Source: Octopus sinensis
Lineage: Eukaryota
Length of the DNA: 64,000 nucleotides
Direction of reading: 5' to 3'
Assembly (NCBI RefSeq): GCF_006345805.1
Contig: NC_042997.1
Span: 101,432,001-101,496,000 of the forward strand
This document shows, in pieces, positions 13,100-25,250 of this stretch. The notes below the pieces were generated by a model. It was not told the DNA's origin. It worked only from the letters and a program-made list of their open reading frames with translations, and made no database searches. Each line of letters starts with the position of its first letter. The stretch's first letter is position 1. Both the position numbers and the translations under genes were made by a program.

Positions 13100-13340
13100 T
13101 TCTAGAAGCAAGCGCCTAGCCCCGAATACGCTGACCACCTCTCCACTCATGGATTCTCCACTAAGGAAAGAGAATTCAATACGTGCGCAACATCCATGGA
13201 ACTGCAGAATATGCCAGATATTGGTTACATAAAACTGCACGTATCTGGCATAACGTACCTCCCTCCGGATTTTCTGTAGAGGTTTACTCCCTTAACCTTT
13301 TTAAAAAGCACGTCAAATTACCCGGACGTAGTTAGTCCTA
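13100..13340 (+). mobile_element. Possible CR1/L2/Jockey-type LINE 3' remnant
   Basis: Translates TARIWHNVPPSGFSVEVYSLNLFKKHVK, resembling the T.R.WN.LP...L..FK end of these LINEs. Confidence 0.4.
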
Positions 13341-13365
13341 CTCTCTCTCTATCTCTCTCTCTCTG

Positions 13366-13418
<53 letters not shown>

Positions 13419-13808
13419 CTTCAAACTTATACTGTTCTGGTGCATCAAGTGTCAGGAGCGCATTTGTTTTCAGGATACACGATTTGCATGGAGTTACCTT
13501 CTCTTAGACGAACAGTTAAAGAGCTGAAGTGCCACATCTCTCCTGGGCCCTTTAATTTATGTGTCATCTTCCGGAAGCAATTCCGTGACATACTAATTAG
13601 CCTAATTACTTAATAGCTGGGACTCTGACAGATGCCACGACTCCGGGTCACATTAGGCCTGAAAGTTATAGTGGTTAAGAGGCATTTCAATTCCCCTCGA
13701 AAACTTGGAACTCTCGAAACCAGGGCCCTAGCCGGATGCATTTTAAAGCTATATCTAGGACATATGTGCTTGTGTATGCATATGCATGTGTGTGTGTGCG
13801 TGTGTAAC

Positions 13809-14028
13809 TAATGTTTGTTGCCACTTCAATATGGCCGTTCCGTACGGACCGACGTTACTGCCATTTTTAATCCCAAGAGGATACCTCCACTAGCTGGTTA
13901 TCGTTGAAATCTACACCTAATATAGATTGCTTGCAATATATATCGGGTGCAGATATATATCTCGTTAAAAATGGTAGAAACGTCGGTCCGTACGAAACAG
14001 CCATGTTGAAGTGGCGACAAACATTACT
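13809..14028. repeat. Inverted repeat, ~62-bp arms with ~95-bp spacer
   Basis: taatgtttgttgccacttcaatatggcc..catttttaa versus ttaaaaatgg..gaagtggcgacaaacatta. Confidence 0.85.
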
Positions 14029-14160
14029 TCTCAGTATGATTATTATTTTCATATAGAAATTTTCTAACTAGCTACTTTGTTTATACATACATACATACAT
14101 ACATACACACACATACACACATACACACACATACACACATACACACACATACACACATAC

Positions 14161-14220
<60 letters not shown>

Positions 14221-14223
14221 TTA

Positions 14224-14276
<53 letters not shown>

Positions 14277-14424
14277 ATAGAAAAATACAGTGTACATTTA
14301 AACACATAAGAGATGGCCACTAATAGAACATCTGACTCACTAGAAAGAGCAGTTAAAACTCCAAGTCACTAATAGTTGCAATTCCGAAAGGGAATGAAAA
14401 ATAAAAACATTTACCCTATTTTTT

Positions 14425-14507
14425 CTGGACTATGCATAGTTTCTGCAATCTTATATAAATTAAAATAAAATAATTTTAATTTACATCTGACGTTGCTTCG
14501 TCAGCAG
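14425..14507 (-). ncRNA. Type I hammerhead ribozyme with a 12-bp palindromic stem III
   Basis: Minus strand: ctg-CTGACGA-a-gcaa...ttgc-a-GAAAC-TATGCATA-GTC-cag. ACTATGCATAGT is a perfect palindrome. Confidence 0.68.
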
Positions 14508-14582
14508 GATACCGGGGATCAACATATAGACACGAGGCGATAAGTAACATGCCTCGTGGCTATGTGTTATAATTATATGTTT

Positions 14583-14616
<34 letters not shown>

Positions 14617-14736
14617 GAGTGTATATGTACATCTATATATGTATGTATATATGTTAATGTATGCGTCTCTGTGCATGTATTTATATGTTTGTATATTTGT
14701 GTGTATATGTGTATATGTATACATATGCAAGTACAT

Positions 14737-14810
<74 letters not shown>

Positions 14811-14819
14811 TTATAATAA

Positions 14820-14916
14820 TAGTTTCAAATTTTGCCACAAGGGCAGCCATTTTGGGGGAGAGGATGCGTCGATTATCTCGACCTCATTGTTCAACTGGTA
14901 CTTATTTTATCGACCC
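14820..14916 (-). mobile_element. SINE family A 3' fragment
   Basis: Contains ggtacttattttatcgaccccgaaa, the reverse complement of the family A core. Confidence 0.75.
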
Positions 14917-15240
14917 CGAAAATAATAATATCCAGGGATTCATCGCTCTTTCTACCGTTGTCTGTCTCTGGATATGTATATGCATATATAAGTATGTATG
15001 AACGTAAATGTATATATACACATTATATATACATATGTATATACATATTACTTACATATGCATATACTTGTCCAGAGACAGACATGTGTATGCATATATG
15101 TGTATGTGTATATATATATACATTAGATAAAGATATTTACGGCCGGTTTATGGTGTTACCCTGGGTTTCACGTCTAAAAGCGCTTAGCTTTCAAGCGATT
15201 CTTCATACCCTAATGGCCAATTGACTATAACTTCTATATA

Positions 15241-15932
15241 CAGGGTGTCCCAAATTTCACTGATGGGTCTCAATTTTTAAAAACTTCCTTAACTCTAAAA
15301 ATAAATGTATGAAATTTCGATACAATATTAAGGACATAATCGAAATTAATATGCACAAGTCAAATTTTGCAACACCACTACATCGCTTAAATAACAGCCA
15401 TTCTAAGCTTCGCACGCCTGTGCTCTTTCTAAAACTTGCACCATAACACCCTCAAGGGTTTCAGACTCCACTTCTCTGATTTCTCTATTGATGTTCACCT
15501 TCAGTTGCACCAGGGTTGACGTAAGCCCTCTCTTTCAGGTATCCATGACTGAGACCTTTTTTGCGACCAGCCATTCAAAGTAGACCTCACACATGGTTCC
15601 AGCAAGATGGGGCAACCGCACAAACCGCAAGAGAAACAATGCAGTTCCTACAGCAGTGCTTTGGAGAGAGAATAATCTCCCGCTACGGCAATGTCAACTG
15701 GCCTTTATGTTCCCCAGATTTGACTAGCCCGGGTTTTTCTTGTGGTGATGCCTGAAAGAGAGGGTTTATATCAACAAACCAGAGACCCTGATGCAACTGA
15801 AGGAGAACATCAATAGAGAAAGTGGGGTTTCCATTAGGTCCTTTATATTGAATTGAAATTTCATGCATTTGTTTTTAAAGTTAAGGAAGTTTTTAAAAAT
15901 TGAAACCCATCAGTGACTTTTGGGACACCCTT
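15241..15932. mobile_element. Internally deleted mariner/Tc1-superfamily element
   Basis: TIR cagggtgtcccaaa..tcactgatggg / cccatcagtgacttttgggacaccc in a TA context. Internal WFQQDGATAQTARETM..GERIISRYG..WPLCSPDLT is a DDD-type C-terminal block. Confidence 0.9.
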
Positions 15933-16484
15933 ATATACACGCATATAAATATAAATAAATGTGTGTGTCTGTGTGTCTGTGTGCGAGTATATGCACATGT
16001 ACTACGTATGTATGTCTAAATGTATACATGCATCCATGTACGTATAGTATGTATATATGTATGTATGCATGTAAATATGTATGTATGTGTGTTTGTATGT
16101 GTGCATGCACGCATTCAAGCATCCTTATATGCATGCGTCGTGATGCTATAGTCGCGGATATCCTACACCGTGTCCACAGAAGGACCACTCGGAGGATCGG
16201 CAATACATTGTTCACACAAACACTTCTGTCCCTCTGCCACTAAGCTGGCCGGTCTCCTACATTATACACTCAGGGTCCCCAGTCAACTGCTTTCTAAACC
16301 TCTCCTCACTTTTAATGTATCCATGCTGTTCCCCACAGGTTTTCTTCCCCATAACATCGTATTCTGGTCCATCTTCCTTCATCATGTCTTTGGCGCAGGA
16401 GCTGATTTTCAGCAGTTTAAAGCGAATATCAAAGGCATAGAGGACCTAAAATCGGCATGGTCTCTGTTCCTCCCTCAAACCTAA

Positions 16485-16521
<37 letters not shown>

Positions 16522-17017
16522 ATGTATACACACATATATACGGATACATACATACATACATACATATATATGTGTATATATATATATATATTATATATAT
16601 ATATATATATATGTATCCGTATATATGCATATATAGTTCATATATGTATACAAATATGATACATAAGTGCATAAAATATTTCTGTTTCACTGTGTTTCTA
16701 TATATACATATAAAACTTACTGATGTATGTATACATGATAGATACATGCATGCATATATATTATATAAATATATATATATGAATATATATTATATATATG
16801 TTCATACGTACATATGTATATTATATGCATGTATACATTATACATATACATATATTTATATACACACACATATATACAAATATACATATAAATATATACA
16901 TGTATGAAGATATATATATATATATACATATATGTATATGTATTTATGTATGTATGTAAGTTTGCTTAACATACATAGACGTATTTATGTATATCAGGCG
17001 CACGTATATATTATATA

Positions 17018-17108
<91 letters not shown>

Positions 17109-17114
<6 letters not shown>

Positions 17115-17215
17115 AAGGAGCTTCTACAGGACTAGAACTGTTTCATTCCGATGAAATCTTCTGAAGATTTCATCGGAATGAAACAGTTCTAGTCCTGTAG
17201 AAGCTCCTTCTATAA
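17109..17215. repeat. Perfect palindrome, 53-bp arms, 1-nt spacer at 17162, centred inside an HHR core
   Basis: Checked base by base: position p pairs with 34324-p. CTGAAGA 17161-67, GAAAC 17180-84, GTC 17192-94. Confidence 0.92.
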
Positions 17216-17408
17216 AATAAATTACTTTACTCTGCTATGTATTGAGTACCTTATTTACTGTGGTTAACCCCGACTCAACCCGGGACCTACATATATATAT
17301 ATATATTGGTGATACTAGTTGCGGATTCTAGCTCGCTCTGATACTGAGTTGAGTTGGTGCCTTCTAGTATCTCAAAATTCAATATATAATCATTTATGAT
17401 TATAGTAT

Positions 17409-17509
17409 TCTACGCTGAAGAGAAAAGAAGTTTTTGGTAAGATAGAATTATTTAATATTTAATTCTTATGCTTTCCTAAAAACTTGATTTCGAAACGTAC
17501 GTCCGTAGA
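17409..17509 (+). ncRNA. Type I hammerhead ribozyme, copy 1
   Basis: Stem I tctacg/cgtaga; CTGAAGA 17415-21; stem II gaaa/tttc plus aagtttttgg/ctaaaaactt; GAAA 17492-95; palindromic ACGTACGT stem III; GTC cleavage triplet 17501-03. Confidence 0.88.
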
Positions 17510-18002
17510 TAACTTAAAATTGTATGATAGATTACCGTCAATTCATTCTCTCTTACCTGTTTGTGTCTGCCTTCCAATTGCTGTTTTTACTGAGATCTCC
17601 CTTTTTAGTAGAAGAAATAGCTATAACTCTTTGACTGCTATTTCTAAATTCGGTATGTGGTAAGGCAATTCGTTGCTAAACCCTTTATTGCTTAGTATTA
17701 CTTAAATTTTCCTCGAATGAGGCTTTTACATGCCGAAGACTACTTGGTGTAATTGATAATTATTCCAAATTAATTAATTTCACCCTTCATTATTACGGAT
17801 AACCATATTTTATCTCAGTAGATGACCACAGCATCTTGTTTTGGCTACACGCGGGTGGGAAGGGGCTGGTGACACAATCTTTTCATTCACGCATTGAATT
17901 TGGTGATACTAGTTGCGGATTCTAGCTCGCTCTGATACTGAGTTGAGTTGGTGCCTTCTAGTATCTCAAAATTCAATATATAATCATTTATGATTATAGT
18001 AT

Positions 18003-18103
18003 TCTACGCTGAAGAGAAAAGAAGTTTTTGGTAAGATAGAATTATTTAATATTTAATTCTTATGCTTTCCTAAAAACTTGATTTCGAAACGTACGTCCGT
18101 AGA
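18003..18103 (+). ncRNA. Type I hammerhead ribozyme, copy 2
   Basis: Identical to copy 1 shifted by 594 bp (CTGAAGA 18009-15, GAAA 18086-89). Confidence 0.88.
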
Positions 18104-18288
18104 TAACTTAAAATTGTATGATAGATTGCCGTCAATTCATTCTCTCTTACCTGTTTGTGTCTGCCTTCCAATTGCTGTTTTTACTGAGATCTCCCTTTTT
18201 AGTAGAAGAAATAGCTATAACTCTTTGACTGCTATTTCTAAATTCGGTATGTGGTAAGGCAATTCGTTGCTAAACCCTTTATTGCTTA

Positions 18289-18361
<73 letters not shown>

Positions 18362-18445
18362 TACATATGTTTCTTATTTTACAAGATCCTTGATGTGAAA
18401 TCGTGTGTTGAACCAGATAATGTTTTATATGTGTGTATGTGTATG

Positions 18446-18502
<57 letters not shown>

Positions 18503-18544
18503 TTGTATATATATATATACATATATATATACACAAATATATAT

Positions 18545-18578
<34 letters not shown>

Positions 18579-18898
18579 AGATATATATATATATATATAT
18601 ATAGATATATATATATATATATATAAAAGAACAAAGTGAAATAGGGGTTATGAGTGTAGTTAATAAATAATATGAATTGGTAATATCTGTAAGTTGATGA
18701 TTGAAATGAATTTGTTCCTCCATTTTCTTACTTGTATTATAATATATATATATATATATATAATCTCATACATATATGTACATACGTACATATGTATATT
18801 ATATGCATGTATACATTATACATATACATATATTTATATACACACACATATATATATATACAAATATACATATAAATATATACATGTATGAAGATATA

Positions 18899-18930
<32 letters not shown>

Positions 18931-19491
18931 TATACATATATGTATATGTATTTATGTATGTATGTAAGTTTGCTTAACATGCATAGACGTATTTATGTAT
19001 ATCATGCGCACGTATATATTATACATGTGCATACATATATACAAATATGCATGTATATATATATGTTTCGTTTCGTTTCTTTCCTTTCTCCCATATATAT
19101 ATAAAAGTACAAAGTGAGATAGGGGTTACGAGTGTAGTTAATAAATAATATGAATTGGTAATATCTGTAAGTTGATGATTGAAATGAATTTGTTCCTCCA
19201 TTTTCTTATTTGTATTATATATATATATACATATATATATACTCTCATACATATATGTACATACTTACATATGTATATTATATGCATCATTACATTATAC
19301 ATATACATATATTTATATACACATACGTATATACAAATATATATATAAATATATACATGTATGAAGATATATATATGTATATGTATTTATGTAAGTATGT
19401 ATGTATGTATGTATGTATGTATGTATGTATGTATGTGTTTGTGTATGCTCACATGCATATATATATATATATGTATGTATGTATATATACA

Positions 19492-19787
19492 AGCCTTGTG
19501 AGTGGATTTGGTTGACGGAAACTCAAAGAAGCCCGTCATGTATATGCGTGTGTGGGTATTTGTGGGTGTGGATGTATGTGCGTGTTTGTGTTTGTCCCCC
19601 TATCACCACTTGACAACCGATGTGGGTGTGTTTACTCCCCGTAAATTAACGGTTCGGCAAAAGAAACCGATAGAATAAGTACTAGGCTTACAAAGAATAA
19701 GTCCTGGTGTTCGATTTCTTCGACTAAAGGCGGTGCTCCAGCATGGCTGCAGTCAAATGACTGAAACAAATGCCAGAATAAAAGAAT
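19492..19787 (+). mobile_element. SINE family B (internal microsatellite), 5'-truncated
   Basis: gccttgtgagtggatttgg..gaagcccgtc..gatagaataagtact..gcggtgctccagcatgg..gactgaaac. Confidence 0.85.
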
Positions 19788-19791
19788 ATAT

Positions 19792-19857
<66 letters not shown>

Positions 19858-19968
19858 AAAAAAGGTTTGAAAATGCAATTTAAACGATGTTTATTTACTT
19901 AACCGGTTTCACTCTTTGGTAAAAGATTGTCAAAAGTTACATTTAAGGAAACATTGAATAATATGGGT

Positions 19969-20092
19969 TCAAAAAAAGTTTTTTACATAATTGTCACATT
20001 GAATATTATGCATTCAAAAAAGTTTTTACATAATTGTCACATTGGATATTATGAATTCAAAAATGTTTTTTTATACATAATTGTCACATTAC
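19969..20092. repeat. ~44-bp tandem repeat, 3 copies
   Basis: ttcaaaaaagtttttacataattgtcacatt recurs three times. Confidence 0.8.
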
Positions 20093-20508
20093 ATGTATAA
20101 ATATAGTGTTTGGTAACAGAGAAGTTCAATAGTGTGATGAGAATATTTGGGAAAATTTGGCAGAAAAGGATAAAACAAATATGTTATTGGGAATTGGTTG
20201 CGTTAATTATTGGTATAAATACATATATATATATATATACAAGTATAAATATATTTATATATATATACACTTTGATAGGTTTCGGCCATTATTGGCCCAG
20301 GCCATGTCTAACTTAATACCACCACCTGGTGCTATTATATGCACCACCTGGTGCATATATATATATGAATATATATAATTACGTTTGTTATTTGTTTTGC
20401 AAGAACCCTGATGCGACATAGTGTGTTGAAACAGATACGGTTTTGTGTGTGTGTGTGTATACATAATATATACAAGCATACATATATTACATGTGTGAGT
20501 GCGCGCGC

Positions 20509-20546
<38 letters not shown>

Positions 20547-20913
20547 GTGAGTGTATATGTGTGTATGAAGTATATGTGTGTATGAGGTTATATATATATA
20601 TCACACAAACATACATACACAGTTTGATTACATATATGTAGTTGGTTCTCACCACTTGCAAAACAAGTATCCTTAGCTCTCCAGCTCTCTCTCTCTTCCT
20701 TTCTCTCCCTCTCTCACATACACACTCGCTCACACACTCTGTGTGTGTATTAAGGGCGTGTGTGGTGAATGTATCAAGATATCGAGTTCTGATTCCCACT
20801 TGCAAAAACAAGCATTCTTACACACACTCTCACACAAAAATAAGCATTCTTACACACACACACGCACACACACGCGCACACACACACACACACAACACAT
20901 ACACATACACACA

Positions 20914-20944
<31 letters not shown>

Positions 20945-21516
20945 TTACATATACACATACACATGTAGACAGTTACATAGAGAAGTTGATGTTGTGAAGA
21001 TGTGTATGTGTGCGTATGTGTGTGTGTACATGTGAGTGTGCGCGCTCGCCCCTGTAATTATTACTTGATTTGCGAAACACTTTGACTTACTTGTTTCCTA
21101 TCGACTAAGCAGGGAAATGCTTTTAATTCTCGGTAAATTCATCTCGTGTATTCTTTCCTGTTATGCCAAAAACTGCAACTTATATACTGAAAGCGGAACA
21201 CTATTAATACATTCATTTTGATTCATAGGACAGAAGAGTAGTGTCCTTGACCAAGATAAATTTATTAAGAAATGACATGTTTGTTATTTTTACCAATAGA
21301 TCGATATTCAATTTACATATTCTAATTAAATAAAAAGTTACCTTTTGCATTTGTCTATCAGTTTCTTTGTTTTGATGTAGAGGCTATCATTTTTCATTTT
21401 TATTTTTTTTTATTTGTCTTTTTTTTTTCATTTATAGTTTTATGAATTCATTGACGTCGTCAGTGTGGTTGGTCCTCCTCTTATGTTGTTGGTAACATTC
21501 ATGGTGTCGTCATCAT

Positions 21517-21518
<2 letters not shown>

Positions 21519-21554
<36 letters not shown>

Positions 21555-21571
21555 TAATAATAATAATAATA

Positions 21572-21602
<31 letters not shown>

Positions 21603-21719
21603 AATAATAGTAATAATAATAGTAATAATAGTAGTAGTAGTAATAATAATAATAATAATATAATAATAATAGTAGTAATAATAATAATAATAGTAGTAGT
21701 AATAATAATAATAGTAGTA

Positions 21720-21759
<40 letters not shown>

Positions 21760-21892
21760 TAATAATAATAGTAATAATAATAGTAATAATAGTAGTAGTA
21801 GTAATAATAATAATAATAATAGTAGTAGTAATAATAATAATAATAGTAGTAATAATAATAATAATAATAATAATATAATAATAATAATAATA

Positions 21893-21928
<36 letters not shown>

Positions 21929-22070
21929 TAATAATAATAATAATAATATAATAATAATATAATAGTAATAATAGTAGTATAATAATAAATAATAATAATA
22001 ATAATAATAATATAATAATAATAATAATAATAATAATGATGATGATGATGTTGATGATGATGATAGCTTT
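21519..22070. repeat. Long (AAT)n/(AGT)n/(GAT)n array
   Basis: Directly visible, ~550 bp. Confidence 0.97.
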
Positions 22071-22539
22071 GTGAATTTGACTTAGAACAATTACCTCTCA
22101 GCACATATCTTCACCTAGAGTAAAATAAAAAAAAATTACGAAGAGTGTTTAAATGCGTACAACCACATTGCTAAGTGGATATAGTTTGATTCGATTCTGA
22201 CTCACGGTCGGGAGTAAATATTTTAACCCTTCTAGGACAGTGTTTCCCTGTGAATTTAGATGAAAGAAGAAGTAGAAAATTAAGAATTTATTGTTTACTA
22301 TTTGTTAAGGATTTTATTTACTAAAAGTAAATTGGTAACCAATAAAACAAGCGCTATCAATAAGTATAGCTTTGCTTAAACAATCAGAATAAAAATATCC
22401 GTAAATTGGCAGGCGAAAAGGCCACAACCTTATCGGATAGTGGTTTAACCGATTTATTCTATTTCTATATATGTCTTCAGGTCTGAGCCTCCCTCTCTCT
22501 CTCTCTCTCTTTCTTTCTTTGCAGTTACAAGACTTGGAC

Positions 22540-22945
22540 ACTGTCCAGAGCCCTTAGGGGCTGTCTGAACTCCTTCGGTACAAGGACACTTTGCAGGTTT
22601 ATGGGTTATCATTGGTCGATTTCGTATCCAAGCAACAACTATACTCAGAAACCGAAATGCGTCCTGTTACTTGTATGATTCAAGAGCGTCAGCTCAAATA
22701 GTTTGGCCATGCTGCTTGATTTTCCGAGTCGAATCCTATGTATCATGTTCCTTTCTCTGAGGATCCGGCTAGAATGGCAGCTCGTGTTGGTCGGCTATAT
22801 GCTTCGTGGTTACAGCAGATAAGGAAGTATTTGACGGGGATGAGAACTAATTGAGATACTGCTCGGAGGGCTGCTCTAGACGACCTGAGCAGATGCCGAC
22901 AAATGGTGAATGCAACGACGCTTTGAAACGACACATTCCCCCCCC
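22540..22945 (+). mobile_element. RTE-type LINE 3' remnant
   Basis: Translates with stops as IQERQLK*FGHAA..VGRLYASWLQQI..ARRAALDD..VNATT, the RQLR.FGH/GRP..SW pattern. Confidence 0.6.
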
Positions 22946-23953
22946 CCACTCTGCCTGACCTGTACAGGAAATTAGGCACATACTGAATGTTTTACGGACT
23001 CTCCTGGAATGAAAGGGGAAATTGCCACGAGCAGGATTTGAACTTAGAATATTATGAATCAGGGCAAAATTTAGTTTGACATTTTATCCGGAGCGCTTTC
23101 TTTTCTCTCATTTTTTTCTAGCATAGAATTATTTTTTATTAACTCTGTAGCTGTGGTAACTGTTTAGTTCCAAGTTAGTCTTGAATAGTCCTATGATAAA
23201 AGGCTCTCCGGCCATGATCATCTCGTCTTTGTATGTAGAAAACTACACTGTTTTAAGATAATTTATGGGGGTAGCTGTAGTCCTCAAAGTTTTCTGAAAG
23301 TTTTCTGTAACAGACCAGCTAGTTGAAACTTCTCAACGTCCAGAGTTATTTCCAGTTCCCCACCATGAGTTTTCTACATGATGTCAACATGGAAATTCCA
23401 TTGACCACGTTAGCCGACTTGGTCTTCGTTTAGCCAAGAAATACAGGTCTACTAAAGAGAGGAGCTATGGAGAAACCACGCTTAATCGTCGTCAAGAAAT
23501 TTTTGTAAATGCCGCAAACACATTGCATTTCTGCACTTCATGAGCGACGGCTTAATGAACTCAGTTCAGAGTATGTTGACAGTAGATGGAATGCCTGACC
23601 TATAGAAAGTATCCCTTCCACAAGAAGCGAACGAATGGCTTCTCTAGGCTGGTCAGAAAAAAACTAGGACACGGACTGTGGTCGGGTGGTATTATATGAC
23701 GTCGTTGCATAAACCAACAAAGCCCACCTGCGTCCCCTTAAAAACTCTTATTTCCATAGTAATCGATCGAAGAGACACCTTTAATGAACCAAGTGCATGA
23801 TTTGAAAGACTTCCAAGAGTGGTTGTTTAATCTAACCACTGAGCAGATTCCACGATATTCTGAAGCGATCTAGTCTCGGAGTCGGAGCTGAAACCTCTTC
23901 CTAAAGCACAGGCTCCAAATAGCGAAGGCCAACCTATTTTGATTGATCTAGAC

Positions 23954-25250
23954 CAGTGGTTCTCAACCTTCTTCAGCCTAGGGACCATTTTTTACTTGAA
24001 AAAATTTCTAGGGACCACTTCTACTTTACTTTATACTGTTCTATTTTCACATTAAAATACTTAATGAAAAGGCAAAATAGTCTATTTACACTTTAAAATT
24101 TATTTTAGCAAATCAAAGATAAAATTTTTTATTTATTTTAGTAAACAAAGATAAACACAAGATATCAAAATCCTTTTTCATAAAGTCGTTCATTTTTAGT
24201 CCATTCAGCTGATGACTAACTTGATACTGGTATTTCTGACACAAGATATCATAATCAATTTTAATGAACTCATTTAGTCTTAATCTGATAGTTCCTCTGC
24301 TGTTGACATCTAATTTATTTCTTTTTCTACTTAAAATATCTACAACAGCTGAAAATGCAGATTCCACCATCCATGTGGTAGGGAAAAGGAATGATGCTTG
24401 CTTCTACATGTTGAAAAATATTTGGGTATGATTCCTTTATTGATATGTAGGCAATGACTCCTTCTTTTTCAACTCTTCTCAGTTTCATATTCTCTTTCAA
24501 ATCCAACAACATTTCAGTCAACTCAAAATTGTCATCTCCTGGCTCATAATTTTCTAGGTCTACAAACCAGAGTGGATAATCCATCTTTAATAAATCATTG
24601 TATCTTCTCTCAAAGTCTACATGAAGACATTCAAGATGGGTAATGCATGCAGTAATGCATTCTGATGTAGGAACAGTAGTGTTAAAATTTTGAAATGATG
24701 CCAAATTGTTTTTTCAAACTTTTTTTCTAAAATTTTAATTTCCCCATATACCTTTTTATCTTCTGAGAACATGTGAGCAAATCTGATTTTCTAAGTTAAG
24801 TAGATTCACTGTTTTAAAAATATCGCTCGAGTAGAATATTTTTGATTTAAATTCAGAAAATGTTTCCAAAATTTTCTTTGATGTATCAGCTTGCTTCTTG
24901 GAGTTGTAATGAGTCATCTGACTCTTCAGCATGAGAAAATTAATTAATGGTTCCCACAAATTCACTATTCTTTCAAGGCTCAGACCTTTTGACAACCATC
25001 TTACTTCTGTGTGAAGCAATAGGATTTTAAAATCTTCATCTTCACAGAATTGCATTAAAAAAATCTATTATTCACTGAGTTTGATTTGACAAAGTTAATT
25101 GCACGTATGGCAGTGTTGAGTACTTCTTTCATGTGTCCTACAATACTCTTAGCAACCAAATACTGTCTTTGAAATGGCTTCAATTTTTTTATCGCTACGA
25201 ATTCTCTGGGGACCACCGGTGGGCCCCAGGAATCACGTTGGGAATCACTG
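23954..25250 (-). mobile_element. hAT (Buster/Charlie-type) DNA transposon, internally deleted
   Basis: TIR cagtggttctcaac / gttgggaatcactg. 8-bp TSD atctagac / atatagac (7/8, central TA). Transposase pieces LLLHTEVRWLSKG and VESAFSAVVDILSRKRNKL. Confidence 0.93.

Larger units (their letters stand above)
17306..18292 (+). repeat. 594-bp tandem unit, 1.66 copies, each copy carrying an HHR (retrozyme/pLTR-like)
   Basis: ttggtgatactagttgcgg starts at 17306 and 17900. Only one substitution was seen between copies (17534/18128). Copy 2 ends at the (AT)n run. Confidence 0.92.
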
